Of a stretch of DNA of 43,529 nucleotides, positions 19,381 to 27,660 are shown one piece after another. The position numbers and the translations under genes were made by a program. The number at the start of each line of letters is the position of its first letter. Position 1 is the first letter of the stretch. The notes beneath the pieces were generated by a model that was not told the DNA's origin, made no database searches, and was given only the letters and a program-made list of their open reading frames with translations. Source of the stretch: a virus (taxonomy: Duplodnaviria; Caudoviricetes); the IMG/VR virus record IMGVR_UViG_3300016659_000160, positions 1 to 43,529 of that record; one strand, 5' to 3'.

Positions 19381-19490
19381 AGAGCATTCGTGCTTCGATG
19401 CCATCAATGACAACCAGCGCAGTCTCGGATGACGGTTGCTGAAATTGTAGACGCTTAGGCTAACACATGCTGGTCGAGATGGGTCTTTTT
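19381..19490 (+). ncRNA. Candidate structured cis-regulatory RNA upstream of the lectin cluster
   Basis: AGCA-TTCG-TGCT hairpin; nested pairings CCATC/GATGG, ACCAGC/GCTGGT, GTCT/AGAC; GC-richer than flanks; TAGATA box at 19371. Confidence 0.45.
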
Positions 19491-19526
19491 AAGGTGCAAA
19501 CAGTAAATATGCACAAAGGAATGTTT

Positions 19527-20222
19527 ATGGAAAACCAAGTAGAAGCACAAGTTGATTTAATTCATGCAAATCCTTTGGCCAATCAAAATATCGGTGATGA
19601 TCCAATTTATTGGGACAGCAGCATGGGCGATCCTTCAGCAGTTGCTAATGCAATATTCGATGGAATAAATTTTACAGCATATTATTCAAATGTTTATGAA
19701 GGTGTGTATCTTACAGAATCTACAAACGACACATCCGGTTATATGTTTTGGGATAAAAATTTTGACTACACTAAGAATTTAATTCTAGAAGGTGCATTCT
19801 CTGCTGGCGAAGGTGGAGCAGACGGAATTGTAATTTATTTTGGTTCAACAGCCCAAAAAACACTTAACACCACAGAATCAAACGGCATAGCTGTATTTTT
19901 TGATGAATATAACGGCGATATTATCAAAGTCTATAAGGATGGGAATCAACAAGACATAGATTTTGATTCGACGGTAGTTTTGGATGACTACAGGTGGAGA
20001 AACTACACGGTAGTGTATGAGTATGTTGATGATTCAAACGCATATGTTACGGTTCTGATCGAGAATGTTTTTATGTGTCGAGTGAATGTTGGCTCTTGGG
20101 TTTCTTCCGCTGGAAATTATGTGGGAGTAAGCGCATGGTGTGGCGCTCAAAGCAACGATCATTTATGCAAATCCTTTAGAGTCAAAAGCGCAACTCCTTG
20201 GTTGACCATGAATAGGAAATAA
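19527..20222 (+). CDS. L-type (legume/ConA-like) lectin-domain protein, paralog 1
   Basis: GADGIVIYFG, GIAVFFDEY, YVGVSAWCG, matching the ADG / AVEFD / GFSA pattern. Confidence 0.7.
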   Translation: MENQVEAQVDLIHANPLANQNIGDDPIYWDSSMGDPSAVANAIFDGINFTAYYSNVYEGVYLTESTNDTSGYMFWDKNFDYTKNLILEGAFSAGEGGADGIVIYFGSTAQKTLNTTESNGIAVFFDEYNGDIIKVYKDGNQQDIDFDSTVVLDDYRWRNYTVVYEYVDDSNAYVTVLIENVFMCRVNVGSWVSSAGNYVGVSAWCGAQSNDHLCKSFRVKSATPWLTMNRK

Positions 20223-20234
20223 AGGAAATATAAA

Positions 20235-21557
20235 ATGAGCAATAATAACAATTCAGTAGAAGCACAAGGAAGACGAGGCCATCGCAGCGGCAAAAAAAGT
20301 CGTGATCCTTTGGTTCACATAAACATCGGCGATAAGGATGTGCTTTGGGACGCAGCGGATGGTGCGCCTTGGGATATAGAAGATGTTTATTATACTGATG
20401 CTGCATTTATTGACAGCAACAATGGCGTGAATCTCAACGATGGCCCAACTGGAGAGGGAGAGGTAGGATGGTATAGAGAATATGACCTTAGTAAAAGTAT
20501 ACACCTTAAATCAACATTCAAGTACGGGCCATCGACTGGAGAATACGCAGTCGTGTTTTACATCTGCGGAGTTTCTGTTTATTTTACCACGGCATTAGGC
20601 TATTACTGCACCGTTGAAACATCAGAATATCAATCAGATAATTACTTTACCGGTGATAATATCGATGATGATGTTTGGAGGACGGCAGAGGTTATATACG
20701 AATATTTAACTGACGATGTGCAGTATGTGACTGTTCTGTTGAACGGCAAACATATGTGCAAAGTCAATGTCGGTGGCGGTTTTGACACATATCCTTTTGT
20801 CGGAGCACATGGTTACTCGGGAAGTTCTATTTACATCAGATCAATGTCGATCAAGAGCGACGAGCCGTGGAAGAGTGTTTATGTTCCACATATCAAAAAG
20901 AAAAAAGACCAAATTTTTATTTTAATAAACGACAAATATGTCGATTATGTTCTTGATCCCGGTGGAAACAGCGGTCATGAAGCAAATAACTTAATTGCTC
21001 TTCTTGATGACAACAGTATTACCTATCAAACATTTACAGATATTAGTGAATCTGAATGGGTTTCTATTGTAGGATCAGCAGGTTATATTTTAATCCCTGA
21101 ATTAGAAAGAGGAGAAATTCTCCCAGACATGAGTTCTGTTGCTAAAAGTGTAATTGGTGATTTTGTAGGTTCTGGTGGCAAGCTTATTATGTTTTGTCCT
21201 AGTTCTGGCGACTTGGTTCCATTTTTGAACGATGTATTTAGTTTCAGTATAATCGGAGGTGGAGAAGGAGGAGCAACTGAACCTATAGACATTACAGTTG
21301 ATGGTTCTGCGCTTTTCCCATCTGAAAGCAGCACACTCCCGAGTCTGAGTGCCACCAGTTCACTTGATACTTCAACTTTACCGGCAGATTCTGTGGTAAT
21401 TTATGAAGGTAGTGGTACAAATCAATCCGTGGTAACTAAGATTTCATACGGTTCAGGCATAATTTATGTGATGGGATGGGATTGGTATGATGCAGCGCCT
21501 TTGGGTGAAGAGGATGGCGGCTGGCTGCATTTGCTCGAATCAATGTTGCAATCTTAA
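20235..21557 (+). CDS. Lectin-like domain fused to a class I glutamine-amidotransferase-like fold domain, paralog 2
   Basis: N-terminal half aligns with the neighbours (INIGD..W...G.P, DDDVWRTAEVIYEY, KSDEPW); C-terminal half ILIPELE...FVGSGGKLI...YGSGIIYVMGWDW. Confidence 0.6.
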   Translation: MSNNNNSVEAQGRRGHRSGKKSRDPLVHINIGDKDVLWDAADGAPWDIEDVYYTDAAFIDSNNGVNLNDGPTGEGEVGWYREYDLSKSIHLKSTFKYGPSTGEYAVVFYICGVSVYFTTALGYYCTVETSEYQSDNYFTGDNIDDDVWRTAEVIYEYLTDDVQYVTVLLNGKHMCKVNVGGGFDTYPFVGAHGYSGSSIYIRSMSIKSDEPWKSVYVPHIKKKKDQIFILINDKYVDYVLDPGGNSGHEANNLIALLDDNSITYQTFTDISESEWVSIVGSAGYILIPELERGEILPDMSSVAKSVIGDFVGSGGKLIMFCPSSGDLVPFLNDVFSFSIIGGGEGGATEPIDITVDGSALFPSESSTLPSLSATSSLDTSTLPADSVVIYEGSGTNQSVVTKISYGSGIIYVMGWDWYDAAPLGEEDGGWLHLLESMLQS

Positions 21558-21562
21558 GGAGT

Positions 21563-22417
21563 ATGATGTTAACTTTAGATGTTTCAACTGAATTATTGGC
21601 AAATTTTAAGAAAATATTGAATGATGTCAATGTCTATAATAGAACTTTTGGTGTAAGTGCTGATGGTTTGACTACGACATTAAAATTCAATAAAAAAATG
21701 GATTTCGACAAAGCCGTTGAGTTACTTGCGAAAGGCTTTGCCAATCATCAGGTTGCTGCTCAGGCTGAATTGATACATAATAATTCATTAGGATCAATCA
21801 ATCTTAGAGATACTCAAATTGATTGGTGCGCTGATAAGGGCGATCCAAGCGTTGTTGACGGGACAATGAGTGGCGATGCCTATTACGATAGCGTTAACGC
21901 TGGTGTTATTTTGACGCCCCATAGCAATAACACAGATGGTCATTTATATTGGGAAAAGAATTATGACCTGACCAAAAACATTTATATTCGCACAACGACC
22001 TACTCGGGCGAAGGAAATGGCGCTGACGGCATTACAATCTACTTAGGCACAACCGAAGAAACTACTTCTGATGAAGCATCTGGTGGAATTGCTGTATATA
22101 TTGATGAGTATAATGATGATACTGTAAAAGTTTATAAAAACGGCGTTTTGCAGCAAGATGTTTTTTACACAAATGACACTTTAGACAATCAAACTTATAG
22201 GTTGTGGGAAATTATCCATGAATATGTTGCGAATGACGAAAGTTATCTTCATGTGTTAATGAATAACACATTGATTTGCAGGGTGCCGCTAGACGGATTC
22301 GTGCCGTCAGGAAATTTTGTCGGAATAGGCGGCGTGTGCATTGCTCTAAATAATTATCACATTTGCCGTTCTTTTGCGGTAATGAGTGCAAATCCTTGGC
22401 TTGCTGTTAACAGATAG
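21563..22417 (+). CDS. L-type lectin-domain protein with N-terminal extension, paralog 3
   Basis: GADGITIYLG, GIAVYIDEY, SANPW. Confidence 0.7.
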   Translation: MMLTLDVSTELLANFKKILNDVNVYNRTFGVSADGLTTTLKFNKKMDFDKAVELLAKGFANHQVAAQAELIHNNSLGSINLRDTQIDWCADKGDPSVVDGTMSGDAYYDSVNAGVILTPHSNNTDGHLYWEKNYDLTKNIYIRTTTYSGEGNGADGITIYLGTTEETTSDEASGGIAVYIDEYNDDTVKVYKNGVLQQDVFYTNDTLDNQTYRLWEIIHEYVANDESYLHVLMNNTLICRVPLDGFVPSGNFVGIGGVCIALNNYHICRSFAVMSANPWLAVNR

Positions 22418-22426
22418 CCAGCAATT

Positions 22427-22448
22427 GTGTCGGCAAATTTGCCGACAC
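22427..22448. repeat. Perfect 22-bp palindrome GTGTCGGCAAATTTGCCGACAC
   Basis: Directly visible; sits between the lectin cluster and the ParB-like gene RBS. Confidence 0.85.
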
Positions 22449-22462
22449 CTGAGAGGTTTCAA

Positions 22463-22846
22463 TTGATTACATTTAAGCAATTTCTTGAATCGTACAAAAT
22501 GGAAGATCAAACATTTGGCGACAATAAAGGAACTTATTCTGTTCCAAAAATAGTAAGTTATGCCAAAGAAAATAAAAAATTAGAGCAACTTCCTTTGGAA
22601 CCACTATTGCATAATTTAGAGCCATCTCCATATGAAACTGGATCAGAACTACCGGGACATCCAGAATTTATAGAAAGAGCCAATCAGACAGATTTGAAAT
22701 ATCCAATAATAGTAGTCAAATATCCAGATGGATTATTTATTGCTGACGGCGTTCACAGATTGTGGAAAGCAAATTCTTTGAATATGAAAACAATAAAGGC
22801 GTATGTTTTAGATAATGATGAGTTAGATCAATTTCGTATTGACTAA
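22463..22846 (+). CDS. ParB/Sulfiredoxin-like N-terminal domain protein
   Basis: DLKYPIIV...IADGVHRLWKA; GAGAGG RBS before TTG; N-terminus MITFKQFLE. Confidence 0.75.
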   Translation: MITFKQFLESYKMEDQTFGDNKGTYSVPKIVSYAKENKKLEQLPLEPLLHNLEPSPYETGSELPGHPEFIERANQTDLKYPIIVVKYPDGLFIADGVHRLWKANSLNMKTIKAYVLDNDELDQFRID

Positions 22847-23287
22847 TTTTAATTGATTCTTTTCATATCCATCCAGCATGGGAATTGATAAATTATTTTC
22901 GTCATTCAAACTCCAAACCACATTTGTAAGGTTTGATTTAAAAAGTGCAATTTCGCATTTGTAACACGGCTTGGCCAGACGAAATTGGCCATGCCGATTT
23001 ATTTTCATACTCAAAACAGTTGTTTTTCTATTGTAATATTTTTCTTCTAACTTGAGCATCAAGTCAGCTTCAGCATGAAGAAATGGATATTTTTTCCAAT
23101 GTTCTATGTTAAATTTCTGCGCTAGGCGAAATGCTTTTGCATTCATCATGAGAGGATCATTTTTGCCCATCTCAATAATATGATTTTTTCTAATGGCAAA
23201 GGCATAATGAAAAAATGATCGGGTTTTGTCATTTCCCCAATCATTAAGCATCATTTTTACACATTTTGCAAGAATTTGTGTTTTCAT
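22823..23287 (-). CDS. Zn-dependent cytidine/dCMP deaminase-fold protein
   Basis: HAE...LAKPCYKC. Confidence 0.75.
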   Translation of the reverse strand: MKTQILAKCVKMMLNDWGNDKTRSFFHYAFAIRKNHIIEMGKNDPLMMNAKAFRLAQKFNIEHWKKYPFLHAEADLMLKLEEKYYNRKTTVLSMKINRHGQFRLAKPCYKCEIALFKSNLTNVVWSLNDENNLSIPMLDGYEKNQLKLVNTKLI

Positions 23288-23311
23288 CAAGAAATTATAA
23301 ACATAAAAAAA

Positions 23312-23391
23312 ATAAAAAAAAGAGTTCCCGTAAAATACGGAAGTTCTCTAAATCGCTCAAATGTGTGACGCTGTTAATCTTCCACAAGTGA
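23312..23391 (-). ncRNA. Candidate ~80-nt small RNA
   Basis: Minus-strand promoter TTGCTT-N16-TAAGAT (23424-23397); imperfect hairpin plus T8 at 23350-23313; no ORF between them. Confidence 0.35.
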
Positions 23392-23500
23392 TATAAATCT
23401 TACCACCGAAGCAGGAAAAAGCAAAAACGCTTGCCATTAGCAAAATGCGACAAAGTATATACTGTTGTTAAAACAAAAGAGCCAGAAAAGTTTAGGTCTA

Positions 23501-23529
23501 TTGACGAACCTTGGTTGCCATACGATAAT
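23501..23529 (+). promoter_or_regulatory. Sigma-70-type promoter for clpS
   Basis: TTGACG-N17-GATAAT. Confidence 0.55.
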
Positions 23530-23564
23530 TGATATTGCATTGTGTCAGACACAAGGAGGTCGTT

Positions 23565-23873
23565 GTGCCAGTTGCTTCACCAAAAGACAAAACTATTAAG
23601 AAGATTCAACCGCCGTACAATTTGGTACTTTTGGATGATGACGATCATTCAGATAAATATGTGATTCAAATGTGTCAAACAATTTTTGGCTACCCACCAG
23701 AAAAAGGAATGCAAATAGCCAAAGAAGTAAATTCTCAGAAAAGAGTAATTATTTATTCTGGTTCACTTGAAGTTGTTGAATTTAAACAGGAACAGGTTCA
23801 TGCATTTGGCCCCGACCCATTGATTCAACGCTGTCAAGGAAGCATGACTGCTGTTATTGAAAAAGCTGTTTGA
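23565..23873 (+). CDS. clpS: ATP-dependent Clp protease adaptor ClpS
   Basis: PPYNLVLLDDDDHSDKYVIQM...IAKEVN; AAGGAGG RBS before GTG; C-terminal FGPDPLI..CQGSMTAVIE. Confidence 0.9.
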   Translation: MPVASPKDKTIKKIQPPYNLVLLDDDDHSDKYVIQMCQTIFGYPPEKGMQIAKEVNSQKRVIIYSGSLEVVEFKQEQVHAFGPDPLIQRCQGSMTAVIEKAV

Positions 23874-23897
23874 ATGAGTATTAAAATTTGGTATAAT
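23870..23897 (+). promoter_or_regulatory. Sigma-70-type promoter for the tRNA
   Basis: TTGAAT-N16-TATAAT with extended TG. Confidence 0.55.
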
Positions 23898-23906
23898 TCT
23901 TCTAAA

Positions 23907-23979
23907 GCCCCCGTAACTCAGTGGATAGAGTAACGGTTTTCTAAACCGTCAGTCGTTGGTTCGATCCCAACCGGGGGTA
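23907..23979 (+). tRNA. tRNA-Arg(UCU), CCA not encoded
   Basis: Acceptor GCCCCCG/CGGGGGT, D arm ACTC/GAGT, anticodon arm ACGGT-TTTCTAA-ACCGT, T arm GTTGG-TTCGATC-CCAAC. Confidence 0.96.
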
Positions 23980-23982
23980 TTT

Positions 23983-24195
23983 TCACAATTTCTGCGGATT
24001 AGGGTCAATTTTTTTTATTTGATTTAGTGCTGCAAATGGTTTGTATTTTGCCATCTTTTTTAATGATGGATGGTAATGTGCGCTAACATTGTACTTATAT
24101 CGCACCCCATTGACATTTGCAATAATTGTGCCGTCACTCGCCCAAACGGTGAATGCAATGTTGTTTTCGTTTAAAAGCCAAGATTTGAAATCCAT
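23983..24195 (-). CDS. Hypothetical protein (N-terminus MDFKSWLLNE)
   Basis: 70-aa ORF filling a gap. Confidence 0.65.
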   Translation of the reverse strand: MDFKSWLLNENNIAFTVWASDGTIIANVNGVRYKYNVSAHYHPSLKKMAKYKPFAALNQIKKIDPNPQKL

Positions 24196-24256
24196 GTCAT
24201 AGTTATGCTTGATTTAAACTAGTTTTTTGGTTATTCTCCTTGATGAGGAGATTGCC

Positions 24257-24520
24257 ATGTCAAATGATTTGAAGCGTCCAGCGTTAATTCAGTTTATTGA
24301 ACGGAAGAAATACTCTTCAATGATTCGAAAAATGGATTTCAATGGCGCACACTCAGCAGAACCATCTTACCATTATTGTGCAGAGTGCGGGACTCCCGTC
24401 GAAATCTTGACGCAAAAACCCTTATTCCCAGCCTATGAAATTTGTAGTCAATGCAAAATTTTGGTTCAAAATGGTTGGATGAAAGATGCGATTCAATTAA
24501 GCAAGGAGATGGTGGTATGA
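24257..24520 (+). CDS. Zn-finger hypothetical protein
   Basis: CAEC...CSQC; GAGGAG RBS; upstream TTGATT-N17-TATTCT. Confidence 0.7.
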   Translation: MSNDLKRPALIQFIERKKYSSMIRKMDFNGAHSAEPSYHYCAECGTPVEILTQKPLFPAYEICSQCKILVQNGWMKDAIQLSKEMVV

Positions 24521-24750
24521 CAGATGAAAAAACCAACAAAGATGATATCATTTTCCGATTTTTGGTCGGTTTACTTGCCCTTTTTGTGGTTATTATGTTT
24601 GTTGCGTGTTTTTTTCAATTGTTATGGAATAATACACTTGTAAATGCCGTTTCTGTACTAAATCCCATAAGTTTTTGGCAGGCATATGGAATTTTGTTGA
24701 TGCTTTACATTTTTGGCAGAATTGTGAATATGGATTTTAATCGAAAGTAA
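24517..24750 (+). CDS. Two-TM membrane protein
   Basis: Hydrophobic helices; LWN...ISFWQA motif. Confidence 0.7.
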   Translation: MTDEKTNKDDIIFRFLVGLLALFVVIMFVACFFQLLWNNTLVNAVSVLNPISFWQAYGILLMLYIFGRIVNMDFNRK

Positions 24751-24783
24751 TGCAATTTATATGTTTTGTTTCTATATAATTTC

Positions 24784-25200
24784 ATGGGGAAAGCCTATGG
24801 ATTTCATGATTTTATATTGCTAAAAGAAGGCAATACAAGAACCGCTCTAAAATCGGTTTTATATCCATTGGGATATGGTGGACTAGGTAATTATCCGCCA
24901 TCTCACTACATCCCTAAAGCAGCAGATGCCGTTTTATACATTTCCAAGGACGAAAGACTTTGGTGTAACGGTGATGGTCCTCCTTGGGATATTTCGCATA
25001 TTCCCGGTCACCATCTTTATGGTGACAAAATAAATAGTGGCGAAAACAAACCTTGGGATATTAGAAATGTTCCCGGCAAACCGGTTGAACCAGATGACCA
25101 TAATTTAGCTGGAAAAGAAGTGCCATATAAAGGTTTTGTGCGATTGGTTACTGCGATTAAATGTGTTTCTCCAAAAGGTCAAAATTTGCCACCAGAGTAA
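24784..25200 (+). CDS. Pro/Gly-rich hypothetical protein with PWDI repeat
   Basis: DGPPWDISHIPG and ENKPWDIRNVPG. Confidence 0.65.
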   Translation: MGKAYGFHDFILLKEGNTRTALKSVLYPLGYGGLGNYPPSHYIPKAADAVLYISKDERLWCNGDGPPWDISHIPGHHLYGDKINSGENKPWDIRNVPGKPVEPDDHNLAGKEVPYKGFVRLVTAIKCVSPKGQNLPPE

Positions 25201-25209
25201 TGGAGTTTT

Positions 25210-27456
25210 ATGTTAAGCATTCATGAATTCAGACAAAAATACACAATTGGTGCGAACTTTTTTAGCGAAGCGTTTGCGACCGAAGAACAACTTGAAAGAC
25301 ACCAACCAAAAAACGCACAATGGCAAAATATTAAATCGGATAGTGCCACCTATTATTTTGATGTCGAAGGCGATGATTGTGATGGCTCAATACCTTATGG
25401 TGATCCTACATGTTATAAAGTAAGGTTTTCTGGTGATTCTCGAAATGTCGAATCTGGTATATCAATTGCATTTTTTCGTAGAAATAGAATTGATGATGTG
25501 GATCGTGGGTTCGGTACAGATGTATTTAATGGTGTTCTTAAAGGAATTCAAGAATACATAAAAGCTAATAAACCTTATTCAGTAAGTTGGTCTCCTGTAT
25601 ACAAAAGTGCTCCAAGAGGTGAAAAAAAGATTGACAACCCACAGGCGAGGAAAAAAGTCTATGAATTGTGGGCGAGACAAAGTTTATTTCCCAAGTATGT
25701 TTCATATAGAGAGAATCATTGGGTCAGAAAAGATATTTATGACAAATATTTTACTGCTGATTACTTGGGTTCACATAAATTTCCTGAAATATCTAATGAA
25801 ATTATAGGTACTGAAAAAAAGGAAGCAATAGAAAAAATTAGGCAACATGCTGGTAGAAATCTTCATGCAGTAAGATATTTAATTTATAATAAAATGCAAG
25901 AAGATCAGAAAATTGAAGAGAGAGAAAAATTAAAAGAGAAATTAAACAGTTCAGAATTTAATCCTCAATCGATCAGATCAAATGACTTAGTTGCTTTTAA
26001 GAAGATTGAAGAAGATCGAGAGTCAGGGGCAACTATCGATTATTTATCTCAATCTACTGCTTTAAAGCGAGCGTTATCTAGGTTAAATCACCATTTAAAT
26101 GACAGCGATATAAATGATATGATTTATGGTCAAGTTTTGCCTATGGAATCAACTGATGAAGAACCAAATTCAGAGGACGCATATTTTATTGATGACAATG
26201 GCAATAGAGTTCCCCCAGAAAGGGCTAAACATATTATTGTAAGGGTAAAAATTTATAGAAAATTTTCAACTCCAATTGTAGCAAAAGTGCCTTTGAATGA
26301 ATTGTCTAAGATAACGGAATCCGAAGTTGAAACAAGAAAACAGAATGCAGAAGTAGCTTTAAGAGAAAAATTAAATGATAGAACTTTGAATCCAAAAGAA
26401 TTTAAGGTTGGTGATAAAGTTCTTTTAGCTCGTCCCTACGCTGATGATTTTCAATATGAATCTCCTGAAAATGCATCGTCAATGCGTCTTCAGGGAGCAG
26501 CCATGTCTGCGAAGTATTTAGGAAGTGTTGGTGAAATCACAAATATATCGTATAATTCTGAAACCAGATTTAGTAATTCTAGTTTGCAAGCAGAAGTTAG
26601 ATTGATTCCTGAAGAATCATTAGAACCAAATTTTGTCAGTACATACGAAAGGACTTACATAGTAAATTTGCTTACTGACAGGTTGCATAAATTTACTGAT
26701 GAAAATAAGAGAAAATATCTTGCGGCAAAAGAAGCGGCAGAGCGTGAAAAAATCATTCAAGCCAGAAGATCAAGACTAGAAAGAGCTGCTGCTAGAGATC
26801 AGGAAAGGGCAGAGCTTGGGAGAAGAGCTAGTGATCCTGAAATGCAAGAATTGATTGATCACCCCAGCAATCCAAGCCATGTGAAACCGGGAGATCGAAT
26901 CAAAATCCTTACAGAGGATGAGGCTAGACAGCGTGGAATAAGTTTCGGTTACAGTATAAGAAACGCCGGAAGAGAGGCTGTTGTTGTATCATTGAGAAAA
27001 TACTTTTTATTCAATGTAACCACGCCGGGAGAAGTACCATTCAAAGTAGTTGTGGAATACAAGGTTGTGAGAAGCACTATTCAGGCGGGGATTGATGCAA
27101 CATTCGTTGAAAAAATCACGGATGAACGAATTGAACGATTACAACAACGAGCTTCGGCTAGAGCACAAGCAAGGCAAGGAATTGTCGGCGGTTCTGCAAC
27201 GGGAGGCAGACAAATTGGTGATATGGCTACTGTTGCTACTGGACCACACGCAGGTAAAAAGGGACACATTCTTGGATGGAGGACAAGCGGCGCATATACC
27301 TATGCGAAAATCAGAATTGAAGCTACACCAAGCGCACCAAGTGAAGATATACAGGTGAATGTGAATTTGCTTGAACCAGTTCCCGGCGTACCAACTTCTG
27401 AACAAAATAATCCATATAGTTTTGAAAACTTTCTTTTGTGGAGAAATGGTTTATAA
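25210..27456 (+). CDS. Large protein with tandem KOW/SH3-like repeats separated by coiled coils
   Basis: NPKEFKVGDKVLL, NPSHVKPGDRIKI, QIGDMATVATGPHAGKKGHI. Confidence 0.7.
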   Translation: MLSIHEFRQKYTIGANFFSEAFATEEQLERHQPKNAQWQNIKSDSATYYFDVEGDDCDGSIPYGDPTCYKVRFSGDSRNVESGISIAFFRRNRIDDVDRGFGTDVFNGVLKGIQEYIKANKPYSVSWSPVYKSAPRGEKKIDNPQARKKVYELWARQSLFPKYVSYRENHWVRKDIYDKYFTADYLGSHKFPEISNEIIGTEKKEAIEKIRQHAGRNLHAVRYLIYNKMQEDQKIEEREKLKEKLNSSEFNPQSIRSNDLVAFKKIEEDRESGATIDYLSQSTALKRALSRLNHHLNDSDINDMIYGQVLPMESTDEEPNSEDAYFIDDNGNRVPPERAKHIIVRVKIYRKFSTPIVAKVPLNELSKITESEVETRKQNAEVALREKLNDRTLNPKEFKVGDKVLLARPYADDFQYESPENASSMRLQGAAMSAKYLGSVGEITNISYNSETRFSNSSLQAEVRLIPEESLEPNFVSTYERTYIVNLLTDRLHKFTDENKRKYLAAKEAAEREKIIQARRSRLERAAARDQERAELGRRASDPEMQELIDHPSNPSHVKPGDRIKILTEDEARQRGISFGYSIRNAGREAVVVSLRKYFLFNVTTPGEVPFKVVVEYKVVRSTIQAGIDATFVEKITDERIERLQQRASARAQARQGIVGGSATGGRQIGDMATVATGPHAGKKGHILGWRTSGAYTYAKIRIEATPSAPSEDIQVNVNLLEPVPGVPTSEQNNPYSFENFLLWRNGL

Positions 27457-27465
27457 TTTGTTAGG

Positions 27466-27659
27466 AGATGATCTCTAGATCATTAAAAAGTAATGCAACT
27501 AGCACATAAAATTGAAATTAAACCAGATGCAACACAAGAGCAAAAGCTATTACAAGCTTGTGGATGTGCAAGGTTTGCCTATAATTGGGCACTTGCAAAA
27601 TGGCTTTGTGGATGAAGCAAGAACTATACAAGTTTATACTTTTTAGAAGGCAGATGATC
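27466..27659 (+). mobile_element. Internally deleted IS607 or IS200/IS605 TnpB element remnant
   Basis: TnpB N-terminal fragment joined to a TGAAGCAAGAA...AAGTTT...AGAAGG end-like sequence; AGATGATC on both sides. Confidence 0.55.
27493..27615 (+). pseudogene. tnpB: TnpB N-terminal HTH fragment (40 aa)
   Basis: MQLAHKIEIKPDATQEQKLLQACGCARFAYNWALAKW, the HTH_OrfB_IS605 pattern, followed by an early stop. Confidence 0.8.
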
Positions 27660-27660
27660 C

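Noticed and set aside
19422-19452. Hammerhead-like core (CGGATGA...GAAA)
   Set aside because: Core deviates from CUGANGA, and stems II and III cannot form properly
19458-19478. GGCTAACACATGCTGGTCGAG resembles the 16S rRNA 5' region GCCTAACACATGCAAGTCGAG
   Set aside because: Only about 21 nt with mismatches and no flanking rRNA similarity; treated as chance
19467-19526. Upstream start for lectin paralog 1 (ATG 19467)
   Set aside because: No RBS and it lies inside the structured element; ATG 19527 has AAGGA and aligns with the paralog starts
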